A stretch of 59,698 bases of DNA, counting the filler, from Squatina squatina (Eukaryota), in assembly GCA_031763465.1 (NCBI GenBank). It is 3 parts of 3 records of this genome, joined end to end, with 100 filler letters (N's around TTAATTAATTAA, not from the genome) between each part and the next. Parts side by side here need not be neighbours in the genome. Positions count along the whole stretch, not along the records: positions 1 to 21,222 come from JARFOE010000234.1; positions 21,323 to 36,487 come from JARFOE010000016.1; 1 more part is not named here. One strand, written 5' to 3'. Position 1 is the stretch's first letter, and every line of letters begins with the position of its first letter. The position numbers were made by a program, and so were the translations under genes. Positions 12,101-23,489 of the stretch are shown one piece after another. The notes under the pieces were generated by a model that saw only the letters and a list, made by a program, of their open reading frames with translations, had not been told where the DNA came from and searched no databases.

Positions 12101-15100
12101 TAACATTACTGATGATGAACCTACTCGAACATCACTGGTGGTGACTCTACTCTAACTTTACTGCTGGTGACTGGACTCTAACATTACTGGTGGTGACTGG
12201 ACTCTAACATTACTGGTGGTGACCCTACTGTAACATCACAGGTGGTGGCCCAACTCTAACAGCACTGGTGGTGATTCTACTCCAACATCACTGGTGGTGA
12301 GTATACTCGATCAGTCATCGTGGTGACCCTGCTCTAACATTACTGGTGGTGCCCCAACTCTAACATTACTGGTGGTGACTCTACTCTAACATTGCTGGTG
12401 ATGACTCGACTCTAACATTACTGGTGGTGACTCTACTCTACCATCACTGGTGGTGACTCGACTCTGACATTACTGGTGGTGACTCCACTCTAACATTACT
12501 GGTGGTGACTCTACTCTAACATCACTGGTGGTGACTCGACTCTGACATTACTGGTGGTGACTCGACTCTAACATTACTGGTGGTGACTCTACTCTAACAT
12601 CACTGGTCGTGACTCGACTCTGACATCACTGGTGGTCGCTCGACTCTAACATTACTGGTGGTGACTCTACTCTAACATTACTGGTGGTGATTCTACTGTA
12701 ACATTACTGGTGGTGATTCTACTCTAACTTTCCTGGTGCTGAATCTACTCTAATATTACTGGTGGTGACTCTACTCTAACATTACTGGTGGTGACCCTAC
12801 TCTAACATTACTGGTGGTGACTCGACTCTAACATTACTGGTGGTGACTCTATTCTAACTTCACTGATGCTGACTTTACTCTAGCATTACAGGTAGTAACC
12901 CACCTCTAAAATTACTAGTTGTGACTCTACACGAAGATTACTGCTGGTGACTCGACTCTAACATCACTGGTGGTGACCTACTCTAATAGTAATAGAGGTG
13001 ACTCTACGCTAACATTACTAGTTGTGAACCTAACATTAATTATGGAGGCACTACTCCAACCTTACTGCTGTTAACCCTAAACTACTATATTTTATGGTGG
13101 ATGTGCACTGAGATTAATGGTAGTAAATCTACTGTAAAGTAACTGTTGTTTATTCTCATCAATCATTTCTGTTGGAGACACGGTTCTAACATTACTAGTA
13201 GAGAATCTACTTCTAACATTGCTGCTGTTGACTCCAATCTAACATTACTGGTGTTTAGTATGTTCTATAACTACTGATGGGGACTATACTGTAACGTTAT
13301 TGGTGTTGACTTTAGTCTAACAGTATTGGTTGTGACTCAACTCTAACATTACTGGTGGAGACCCACCTCTCAACTCAATCGTCGTGAATCCCAATGCCCC
13401 TTAATTGTGTTGACTCAACTCGATTTTACTGGCGGTGATTCTACCTTTACATTACTGGTGGTGACTCTCCACTAACATTACTGATGGTGCTACTATTTAA
13501 ACATGACTGGTGGCCACTCTACTCAAAACTTACTCATGGTGAGTTTATTCTAACAGTCCTGGTTGTGACTAATCTAACATTAAACGTGCTGAGTCTACTC
13601 TAACATTACTGGTAGTGAATCTACTCTAAGATTACTGGTGATGACCCGACTCTAACGTCACTGCTGGTGAATCTACGCTAACATTACTGGTGGTGACTCT
13701 ACGCTAACATTACTGGTGGTGAATCTACGCTAACATTACTTGTGGTGAATCTACTCTAACATTACTGGTGGTGATTCTACTCTAACATTACTGCTGGTGA
13801 CTCGACTCTAACATCACTGGTGGTGAATCTACTCTCACATTACTGGTGGTGGCTCGATGCTAACATTTCTGCTGGTGATTGTATTCTAACATTACTGGTG
13901 GTGTATCTACTCTGACATTACTGGTGGTGACTCTACTCTAACATTACAGGTGGTGAATCTACTCTAACATTACTGCTGGTGACTCGACTCTAACGTCACT
14001 GGTGGTGAATCTACTCTCACATTACTGGTGGTGGCTCTACGCTACCATTTCTGCTGGTGATTGTATTCTCACATTACTGGTGGTGACTCTACTCTAACAT
14101 TACAGGGGGTGAATCTACTCTAACATTACTGCTGGTGACTCGACTCTAACGTCACTGGTGCTGAATCTACTCTCACATTACTGGTGGTGGCTCTACGCTA
14201 ACGTTTCTGCTGGTGATTGTATGCTAACATTACTGGTGGTGAATCTACTCTAATATTACTGGTGGTGACTCGAATTTAACATTACTGGTGCTGATTCTAC
14301 TCTAACATTACTGGTGGTGATTCTACTCTAACTTTAGACGCGGTGATTCTACTCTAACATTACTGGTGGTGACTCTACTCTAACATTACTGGTGGTGATT
14401 CTACTCTAACCTTACTGGTGGTGAATCTACTCTAATATTACTGGTGGTGAATCTACTCTAACATTACTGGTGGTGAATCTCCTCTAAAATTACTGGTGGT
14501 GACTCGACTCCAACGTTACTGGTGGTGACTCTACTCTAACATTACTGGTGGTGAATCTACTCTAACATCACTGGAGGTGACTCTACGCTAACATTACTGG
14601 TGGTGAATCTACTCTAACCTTACTGGTGGTGACTCTACTCTAACATTACTGCTGGTGAATCTACTCTAACATCACTGGTGATGACTCTACTCTAACATTA
14701 CTGTTGGGGACTCCAATATAACATTACTGGTGCTTAATTTGCTCTTACATTACTGGTGGTGACTCTGCTCCAACATTACTGGTGGTGACTCTACCCTAAA
14801 CATTACAGGTGGTGACCTTACTCCAACATTACAGGTGGTGACCTTACTCTAACATTGCTGCTGGTGAACCTACTCTCACATTACTGGTGGTGATCCTATT
14901 CCAACATAACTGGTGGTGACTCTAATCTAACGTAACTGTTGGTGAGTGTGCTCTAACATTATTGGTTGTGACTCTACTCTAACATTACTGGTGGTGACTC
15001 GACTCTAACATTACTGCTGGTGACTCTACTCCAACATAACTGGTGGAGACTCTACTCTAACATTACTGTTGGTGACTCTACTGTAACATTACTGATGGTA

Positions 15101-16783
15101 ATTCCAATTTAAAAATTCTGCATGTGCCACTAGTCTAACATTACCTGTGGTGACCCACCTCAAACAGTACCTGGCATTACTCTGTTTCTAAAATTACTGG
15201 TGGCGATTTTACCTAGCTTGTGGTGACTCTACTTCTACTATTACAGGTGGTGACACTTCTCTAACGTTACTTGTGATGACTCTAATCTAACATTACTGTG
15301 TGCATTCAGTGCTACCATTTCTTCTAGTGACCCTTATCTAGCATTAATCTACTCTACTCCAAAATTATTGGTGGTGAAACTAATTGAACACTAATGCTGT
15401 TGAAATTGCTCTAACTTTAATGTGGTGACTATAATACTAATCATACTGCTGATGACCCTAAACTAACACTACAGATGGTGACATTACTATAACATTACAC
15501 AACGTGATACTACTCTAACGTTACTGCTGTTGACCTACTCTAAAATTACAGACGGTGAGCTTACTATAGCATTACTGGTGGTGATACTAATCGATCATTA
15601 CTGCTGGTGACATTTTTCTAGCACTACTGCTGGTGGGTCTACACTAACAGTACTGGTGCTGACTGATCTCTAGCATTATTGTTGGTGATTCTACTCTAAC
15701 ATTAATGGTGGTGACCCACCTTTAAAACCACCGGTGGTGACTCTACTCCAACATAACTGGTGGTCACTCTACTGTAACATTATTGCTTAGCCTGATACAG
15801 TTGGTTGCGACTGTATAATAACGTGACTGGTGGTAAACATACTCTAAAATAACTTTCGGTCACACTCATCAATCATTATTGGTAGTGACACTATTATATC
15901 ATTACGGGTGGGGACACACCTTCAATATCACTGGTGGTCACGCTTCTCCAACATTACTACTTGTGACCCTATTCTATCATTACTTGTGATGACTCTGCTC
16001 TACGATTACTGGTGGTGTAACTTCTCAAACCTTACTGCTGATGAATCTACTCCAACATTACTGCTTGTGAGCATACTCTAATAATGTTGGTGTCGACCAC
16101 ACACTAACGTAACTTATTGTAGTCCTAATTCAACATTGTTTACTCTTGTCAAAAATTACTGAGGGTGACTCTACTCTAACATTATTGTGGTGACCTCACT
16201 CTGAATTACTGGTGGAGACCCAACTCTGCAATTACTGGTGGTGGGTGACTTTACTTTAACATTGCTGGTTTTGACCCAACTCGTGCATTACTGGTGCTGA
16301 TGTTACACCAACATTTCTGGTGGTGACCGTACTCAAACATTAATGTTGACACGACTGTATGTTTACTGGTGTTGACCCGAATCTAACATTACTGGTGGTA
16401 ACTCTATACTACCATTATTGGTGGTGACTCTACTCAAACATTACTGGTGGTGGCCCTACTCTAACATTAACTGTGGTGACTCTACTCAAACATTACTGAT
16501 GGTGGCCCTACTAACATTACTAGTGATAACTCTATACTACCATTATTGGTAGTGAACCTACTCTAATATTACCTGTGGTGACTCTACTCTAACATTAACG
16601 GTGATGAAACTATTCTAACATTATTGGTGGTGACTCTACTCTAACATTATTGGTGGTGTCTCTACTCTCACATTACTGGTGGTGACTCTACTCTAACATT
16701 ACTGGTGGAGACTCTACTCTAACATTACCGGTGGTGACTCTATTCTAACTTTATTGGTGGAACCTCTACTCTAATATTACTTG
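6170..16783. repeat. 26-bp tandem array (minisatellite/satellite), ~10.6 kb, roughly 400 units
   Basis: Period read directly (unit starts at 12481 and 12507); consensus GACTCTACTCTAACATTACTGGTGGT; edges diverged, 12350-12850 and 13650-15070 most homogeneous; ORF track is empty from 6959 to 17019. Confidence 0.97.
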
Positions 16784-16789
16784 TACAAT

Positions 16790-19150
16790 CTTTACATGAC
16801 TACAGGAGCAGATCTTTCTCCTATCAATTGTCTCTACTACCTCCTCCTTCAATATGTCTGTGGCAGCATCCTCGTCCTGAGCGAATACGGATGCAAAGTA
16901 TTCATTTAGTAAGTCAGCCATACGCTCTGCCTATACACATAGGTCTCAATTTTGGTCTCTAATCCGCCTAACCCCTCCTCTTCTGAGCATTTTATTATTT
17001 ATATTCCTATACAAGTCTTTTGGATAATGTATTTTGTTGGCTGCTATTCTATTGTCATACCTCTCTTTCTCCTCCTTATTTTCTTTTTGATGTCTCCTCT
17101 GCCCTTTCTATATATAGCCTGATACTAAAATGTATTTGCAATCTGACATCTGTATTACATGATCCTTTTCAGCTTGATCACATTTTTTTTTCTTTCAGTA
17201 CCTCTGACTTTAGTTGCCCCAACCTTCGCCCTCGTGGGAATGTACTTCGACTGTGCACGAATAATTTCCTCTTTAACAGCATTACATTGCACCACTGCAG
17301 TTTTACCTGGCAATCTTTGATTCCAGTTTACCTGGGCCAGATCCGCTCTCATCCCACTGAACTTGGCTATCCCCCAGTTATTGCTCCCTGTCATTTTCCA
17401 TAGTTAATGAAAACCTTATGACACTGTCTTCATTGTTCCCTAAATGTTCATCGACTGACACTTGTTCACCTTGACCTAAGTCGTTCCCTGGAACCAGATC
17501 CAGCAATGCATCCTCACTCATCGGCCGGAAACTTATTGATCAAGCAAGTACTCCTGAACATACTTCAGAAATTCGTCCGCCTCTCTGCCCTTTACACTAT
17601 CACAATCCCAGTCTATATCAGGATAGTTCAAGTCTGGTTTATTGCTACTCTGTAGTTTTTGCTCTTCTGCAAATTAGCTCCTACATATTTTTGAACACAT
17701 ATGGTGTTTTTTTTTAGAATAAATCTTGTATTCAATGACACTTCTATTACTTCTAACTCCAGCCCACAGATTGTCTCCTTGATCCCTCCAGGACATTCTC
17801 CCTCAACAGCACTGTAACATTCCCCTTAACCAGAACTACCACACCACCTCCTATATTCCTTCCCTATCTATTCTGAACACCTTATAACCAGGAATATTTA
17901 ACACAGAATCCTGCCCTTTTTTGATCCAGCTCTCACGTTTTACCACAACATCATATTCCCATGTGTTTGCCAGCTGCACACTTACCTTGTTTACCAGGCG
18001 TTCACATGCATTCACTGTAAATTTATCTGAGACAATTCTGTAAACTCTCTTAATTGAGCGCCACCTAATACCTTATTTTTCTTAATCTAGTTATCTGTGC
18101 CTCTGCCAACCCTTTGAACACTTTATTCTTCCGTTCAAATGTTACATCCTGGGGCCCATCCTCCTGTCAAATTAGTTTAGACCCTCCCGAGCAGCAGTAA
18201 TAAACCATCCCCCGAGAATATTTGTTCCAGCGCTGTTGAGGTGCAACCCATTCGGCCTGTAAAGGCGCCACCTCTCCCAGAACCATCACAATGTCCTAGG
18301 AATCTGAAGCCCTCCCTCCTGCGCCATTTCTCCAACCTCATCTTCATCTGCTCTTTCCACATTTTACATTATTCACTCTCAACAGGAACAAACAGGACAT
18401 TAATAAATTTGAGTTCCTGCTTTTTAATCTCTTGCCAAGCTAACTCAAATCTGCCTGCAGGGCTTCATCCATCTTTCTACCTTTGCCCTTGGTAGCAATA
18501 TGAACTACCACCTCTAGCTGTTCACCCTCCCCCCTCAGGTGATCTACAGCAGCTCAGTGACGTCCTTAACGCTGACCCCAGGGAGGCAACATTCCATCCT
18601 GGAGTCACACCTGCGCCGCAGAACCGCCAGTCTTCGCCCCTAACTATCGAATACCCACGACCATTGCTCTCCCACTCCTCTTCATTCCGCCCTGTACAGC
18701 TGAGCCACCTTTGGTGCCACACAGTTGTCTCTGGCTGTATTCCCAAGTGGAAGCATGGAACTGATCAATATTCACAGCACAATGCTTGTTGGAGAGTAAG
18801 ATGCGCTCAAGGGACTCTTGCACTACCTCCCTGGCCCTCCTTTTCTCTCTGCAAGTAATCTATACCCTCTCTGCTTGCATACTCCTTATCTGCGGGGTGA
18901 TCAACTTGTAAAAAGTGCTATCCAAAAAGCTCTCATGCTCGCCAATGCCCCACAGTGATGCCAGCTGCTGCTAAGCTCCTGCAGCTGACGACGGCATATG
19001 TGGTTTTTCAGGACACAGAAAGCATCCTGGAGTTCCACACGGCAAAGGATGTGTATTCCTTAGTACTGTGCTGCCTTGCCATGCCAATGTTTATTCCACT
19101 ATGTACTAGTTTTACAGAAGCTTATTCTAAGATCATTTTAATTCAATTTG
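16790..19150 (-). mobile_element. Degenerate 5' half of a CR1 LINE (ORF1 with esterase domain, ORF2 endonuclease and linker)
   Basis: Minus strand: ORF1 start near 19082 is homologous to 21087-21200; degenerate G[D]SIVRG..FCG esterase block near 18620-18670; RFLGH and DGLHL-like blocks near 18230-18310; MADLLNEYFASVFAQDED reading from 16921. Many stops and frameshifts. Confidence 0.85.
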
Positions 19151-20689
19151 TTAATATTATGGCCCTGAAATTGCAATGTCCACAGGTGGGAACAATGTTC
19201 CCACGCACCCGGGGAGACATCACAGAAGCCAGTTATGGGGCTGTACATCGTAAGCCCGCGTAACCAGCATTTGTGATCTGTTTAGAAACCTTTGGACAGA
19301 TCCAATGCTGAGGCTGCGAAGCCCATCCCCAGCACAGAGCTTTGCGATATTTAGCAAAACTTTCTGCTGGGGGTCTATTTAAAAGTTTTTTTTTACATTT
19401 GGTGCATCTGCTTGGTTTTACCATCATAAGAAATGTTAAAAATTTTTTAATTTATACAAATTAATGGGACGTTACTTTAAAACCATTCTCAGTCAGGTAG
19501 GTATGTTTTTTAATCATTTTAAAAGATTTTGTTCCAAATTTCAATTTTCTTGTGTTATTGGTCTCCTTTTTATTTAATTTTAATGTTAAATCGTTTTTAA
19601 AATGCTTTGTGATGTGCTTGAGTGGTTTTCATTTTTATTGAAGTTTGAACAGTTCTTGACAGATCGCTGAGAGCTGTCAAAACGTCAATAAAAGATACAC
19701 CTACCTGATTGGCTGGGGCAGGGTCGGGTGGGTAGTGGTGTGGCGGGGACGGGTGGAGGAGGGAGTGGGGGATGGTGGGTGCCGAACATCGCAAACTCCC
19801 GTGGACCTCAGACCCTTCGGTCAGTACATAAGGGGAATTGCAANNNNNNNNNNNNNNNNNNNNNNNNNNNNNNNNNNNNNNNNNNNNNNNNNNNNNNNNN
19901 NNNNNNNNNNNNNNNNNNNNNNNNNNNNNNNNNNNNNNNNNNNAATGATTCTGTGTATGCTCAAAACTGAAAAAAGGCAGGATGCGCTAAGCTGTCCAAG
20001 CACTGTGGTAGCTTGAACAGGTTAAACTAGGGAACGGAAGATTAAGTACATCATTAATTCACTGTTAGACTACAGGAATATTCCAGCACACCTGTCGATG
20101 CATTTCATAGTACAAATACAGTAAATAATTGGTTTTACTTTCTCAATAATCCTCTGTGAACTCTGAATGTCCTGGATAGCACACTTTCACACCAACTTTG
20201 ACTGTTTTGCTTGGATTTGCTATTCTTTCTCCATTGCGTCATATTTTAAAAAGGAATGGATCTGTCATCTCTTACTTAAAGCTATAGCGATACACTACAG
20301 ATTCCTGCTGAGGAATTTTAACCATTTTAATCCATGGACTAGATTGCAAATCCTATAATGAAGCTATGAAATATTACAAGGGCTTTTAGCATTAGGTCTG
20401 TCTATCACACCCTGAGCCATATATGTATTTTTGTAACATTCCTAAATGCAGGATCAATCACCATATCAGCATCTGTCTGCTATAGAAAAAGACAATGGGC
20501 AAGAGTTTCCAGGAGCGAGGCATCTCACAGCATACCCCCTTAGTTAGACTTTTCCTGTGCCCTTCAGCTCTAATATGTTTGGCCTTTTAATTGCTGGAAT
20601 TGTGAGCTGATAATGGTGTGGTGAGGGCAACAGGGCATCTGAGAACTTGGTGAACAGCAGTACCAACAGTGCCTCTCTTTAACCAATGG

Positions 20690-20772
20690 GACTCGGGGAT
20701 TCCTGAAGGACATTAGTGAACCGGATGGGCTTTTACGACAATCCGGTAGCTTCATGGTCACCGTTACTGTCC
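20690..20772 (-). mobile_element. SINE fragment related to 45190-45595
   Basis: aaggacattagtgaacc...acaatc..tggtcacc is the reverse complement of the 45300-45370 segment. Confidence 0.5.
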
Positions 20773-20774
20773 TG

Positions 20775-21222
20775 AGCAGTGGCGGCAGGGAGAGGAGGAG
20801 CAGCGAGGAGAATAAAAGGAGCGGGAGACACAGAGTGGGAACACAGACCCTTGGAGTGGCGGCAGGGAGAGGAGGAGCAGCGAGGAGAATAAAAGGAGCG
20901 GGAGGCACAGAGCGGGAACACAGACCCGAGTAGCAGTAGCAGTGAGAGGAGGAGTGAGCAGCGGAAATAACAAAAGCAACTACTTCAAAACAGCCTTAAT
21001 GATGTCACAACCAGGGAAGGAGCTGATTGGTAAGTAGCTGGTAAGTTTTTTTTTCATTTTTAGTTGATAGTCTAGTAAGTAGAGGCGTGGCAGGGCAGCT
21101 CAGCCCCATGGAATGCACATCCGGTGCCATGTGGGAAGTCCTGGACGCATCCCGCGGCCGGGATGACCACGTGTGCAGGAAGTGTCGCCAGCTTCAGCAG
21201 CTCAAGCACCCGGATTTCGGAG
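20775..21222 (+). mobile_element. CR1 LINE 5' end: tandemly repeated 5' UTR and ORF1 N-terminus
   Basis: Purine-rich unit duplicated at 77 bp spacing (20778, 20855), then (GTG)AGQLSPMECTSGAMWEV..DDHVCRKCRQLQQL, resembling the CR1 ORF1 zinc-finger region; truncated by the gap. Confidence 0.75.
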
Positions 21223-21322
21223 NNNNNNNNNNNNNNNNNNNNNNNNNNNNNNNNNNNNNNNNNNNNTTAATTAATTAANNNNNNNNNNNNNNNNNNNNNN
21301 NNNNNNNNNNNNNNNNNNNNNN
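21223..21322. other. Artificial scaffold linker N44-TTAATTAATTAA-N44
   Basis: 12-mer at 21267-21278 gives stops in all six frames; identical construct at 36488-36587. Confidence 0.95.
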
Positions 21323-21636
21323 TCGCAGTCCTCAACAAATGCAACCGCTAACTCCCTCTCTTTCTTTTTAAGGCCTATTCATCAAGCAGTGCACTTAAGC
21401 ATTAAAAGAGAAAGCAAAGCGACAGCGCTCTCATCCCACAGCTTCTCAATTTTTCCCCTCTCTCTCTCTCTCCCTGTGTGTGCAAGAGAGGGCGAGAGAG
21501 AGAGAAGGGAGGGAAGAAAAATTGCAAGCAAGCACGCCTCGGAAGAGCGTCGGCTACTTTCTAGCGCCACTAGATGAGGAGGAGGGGGGTGGTGATAAGC
21601 AAAAAAAAAATGATTATTTTTTTAAAAAAACAGTAC

Positions 21637-21660
21637 CTCGTACAGATCTCCTGAAGCCAT
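21637..21660 (-). CDS. CDYL2: Chromodomain Y-like 2, first coding exon (MASGDLYE)
   Basis: gggcATGG context, ATG GCT TCA GGA GAT CTG TAC GAG then GT donor at 21636; matches recalled CDYL2 N-terminus MASGDLYE-VERIVDK; DYNLRB2 and WWOX on the same scaffold support orthology. Absent from the ORF track as a separate ORF. Confidence 0.88.
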
Positions 21661-22030
21661 GCCCGCTGATAGACGTGGTCGCTGCTTGCTTTGCTTGCTT
21701 GCTACTGCTTCTGGTGGTGGTGGAGTTGCTGCTGCTGCTGGCTTGCCCGAGTGCTCCTTTGCAGGCTGACATACACACACACACAGACACATACATATAC
21801 AGAGGGCTGGGTTAATGCGCAGAATCCGCCGCTGGCGTCTCTCTCTCTCACTGGATACACTGTAACAGGAGGAAGTAGCGAATCGCCCCGTCCAATCCAG
21901 CGCCTGAAACTAACGCGCCCGGACCCACGTGCGACAAGTAGCGAAATAACAAGAGATACATTCCCCCCCACCACCCCCACCGCCACCTCCCCTCTCCCAG
22001 CAATGACTTACCTGGCCCGTCCTCGTCACC
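21661..22030 (-). promoter_or_regulatory. CDYL2: CDYL2 5' UTR and CpG-rich promoter region
   Basis: CpG-dense non-repeat sequence upstream of the ATG with CAG/GT simple repeats and a CCAAT at 21892-21896. Confidence 0.55.
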
Positions 22031-22121
22031 TGTTCACAGCTTAAATGCATCTTTTTTATATATATTAAAAAAACATCTACATTTGACACATTCTCACTGA
22101 TTTATTACCCCCCCCCCAGCA

Positions 22122-22226
22122 AAGATTTATTTTAGCGCCTTTCACGACGTCCCAGTTGTAATGTAGGAAAACGTAAGCAGCCAATTTGCACACAGCAAGC
22201 TCCCATCATGGTGACCAGATAATCGT
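22122..22226 (-). mobile_element. Deu-domain SINE, 3' part (split by CR1)
   Basis: gcagccaatttgcacacagcaagctccca..gaccagataatc is the reverse complement of the SINE 3' half. Confidence 0.7.
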
Positions 22227-22227
22227 A

Positions 22228-22945
22228 GTATGGCCACAATGCAGTAGGAGGCCATTTGGCCCGTCGAGCCCGTGCCGGCTCTCTGCAAGAGCGCTTCAGC
22301 TAGTCCCACTCCCCTGCCTCCACCTCCCAGCCCCACAAATGTAGTTCTGTCAGGTACTTATCCAAGTCTCTTTTGAAAGCCAAGATTGAATCTGTCTCTA
22401 CCACCCTTCCAGATCCAGCCACTCAATGTGTGAAAAAGTTTTTCCTCGTGTCGCCTTCAGATCTTCTGCCAAACACCTTAAATCTGTGTCCTCCGGTTCT
22501 TGACCCTTCTGCCAATGGGAACAGTTTCTCTCTATCTACTCTGTCCAGACCCTTCATGATTTTGAACATCTCGATCAAATCTCCTCTCAATCTGCTCTGC
22601 CCTAAGGAAAATAACCCCAGCTTCTCCAGTCTATCCATGTACCTGAATTCCTTCACCCCTGGAGCTATTCTTGTAAATCTTTTCTGCCCCTCTGTAAAGC
22701 CTTCACATCCTTCCTAAAGTGCGGTGCCCAGAATTGGACACGATACTCCAGTTGTAGCCGAACCAGTGTTTTATACAGGCTCATCATAACTTCCTTGCTT
22801 TTGTACTCTATGCCTCTCTTTATGAAGCCCAGGATTCCGTAAGCTTCGTTAACTGCTTTCTCAGCCTGCCCTGCCACCTCCAACAATTTGTGCACATATA
22901 CCCCTAGGTCTCTCTGTTCCTGCGCCCCCTTTAGAGTTGTACCCG
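22228..22945 (-). mobile_element. CR1 LINE 3' fragment
   Basis: ORFs 22665-22895 (LYKTLVRLQLEYRVQFWAPH) and 22423-22656 (RLEKLGLFSL..RLRGDLIEMFKI..TGGHRFK) are CR1 ORF2 C-terminus. Confidence 0.9.
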
Positions 22946-23098
22946 TTTAGTGATGTTTTGCTGTGGTTGATTGAGGGATAAATATTGGCTAGGACACCAG
23001 GGATAACTCCCCCTGCTCTTCTTCCAAATAGCGCCATGGGATCTTTTATGTCCACCTCAGAGAGCAGATGGGACCTCTGTTTAACGTCTCATCTGAAG
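22946..23098 (-). mobile_element. Deu-domain SINE, central Deu core
   Basis: Reverse complement reads gatgagacgttaaac..ggtggacataaaagatcccatggcgctattt..gtgtcctagccaatatttatccctcaa, the Deu core. Confidence 0.8.
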
Positions 23099-23489
23099 NN
23101 NNNNNNNNNNNNNNNNNNNNNNNNNNNNNNNNNNNNNNNNNNNNNNNNNNNNNNNNNNNNNNNNNNNNNNNNNNNNNNNNNNNNNNNNNNNNNNNNNNGT
23201 TTTCATTGCATCTAGGTAGACAGTCAACTGTAGTACCTACTATTGTCTTGTGATCTCTAACAGCACTAACTGCATGAATGGACAATCCACTCCAAACATG
23301 TAACCATGGAAACAACCTTTCCTCAGTTTGTCTTAAGCAAAACTGACAGAAGTGGACCAGTCTGTTCAGCGAGGAGAGTGTCCACTTAAGACATTTTTTT
23401 TCCTGGGTACCATGCTTAACATTAGTACTGCTTTGGTCAGGCAGTCAAAGATTATTCATACCCTTACAAAACCCTTATGACGTATTTGA

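Noticed and set aside
6170-16783. CRISPR-like array
   Set aside because: Units abut with no unique spacers; variation is point divergence of one monomer; no cas genes; vertebrate context.
6170-16783. Repeat-protein gene (GDSTLT ice-nucleation-like or DSTSNITGG mucin-like reading)
   Set aside because: 26 is not a multiple of 3, so every frame meets TAA/TGA (plus) or TAA/TAG (minus) within three units; 27-bp variants (actTctaac) are rare and isolated.
6170-16783. Chi-like (GCTGGTGG) or telomeric function of the unit
   Set aside because: Consensus ACTGGTGG is only a near match, Chi is a bacterial RecBCD signal, and there are no TTAGGG runs.
20570-20979. Overlapping ORFs with repeated hydrophobic peptides
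   Set aside because: Antisense translation of the 77-bp CR1 5' UTR duplication.
21267-21278. TTAATTAATTAA as a biological palindrome or transposon target site
   Set aside because: Centred in exactly 44+44 N twice; a synthetic linker.
21382-22044. Several 60-117 aa ORFs with poly-S/Q/L tracts
   Set aside because: Products of simple repeats in the CDYL2 5' UTR and intron; only the 8-codon exon is supported.
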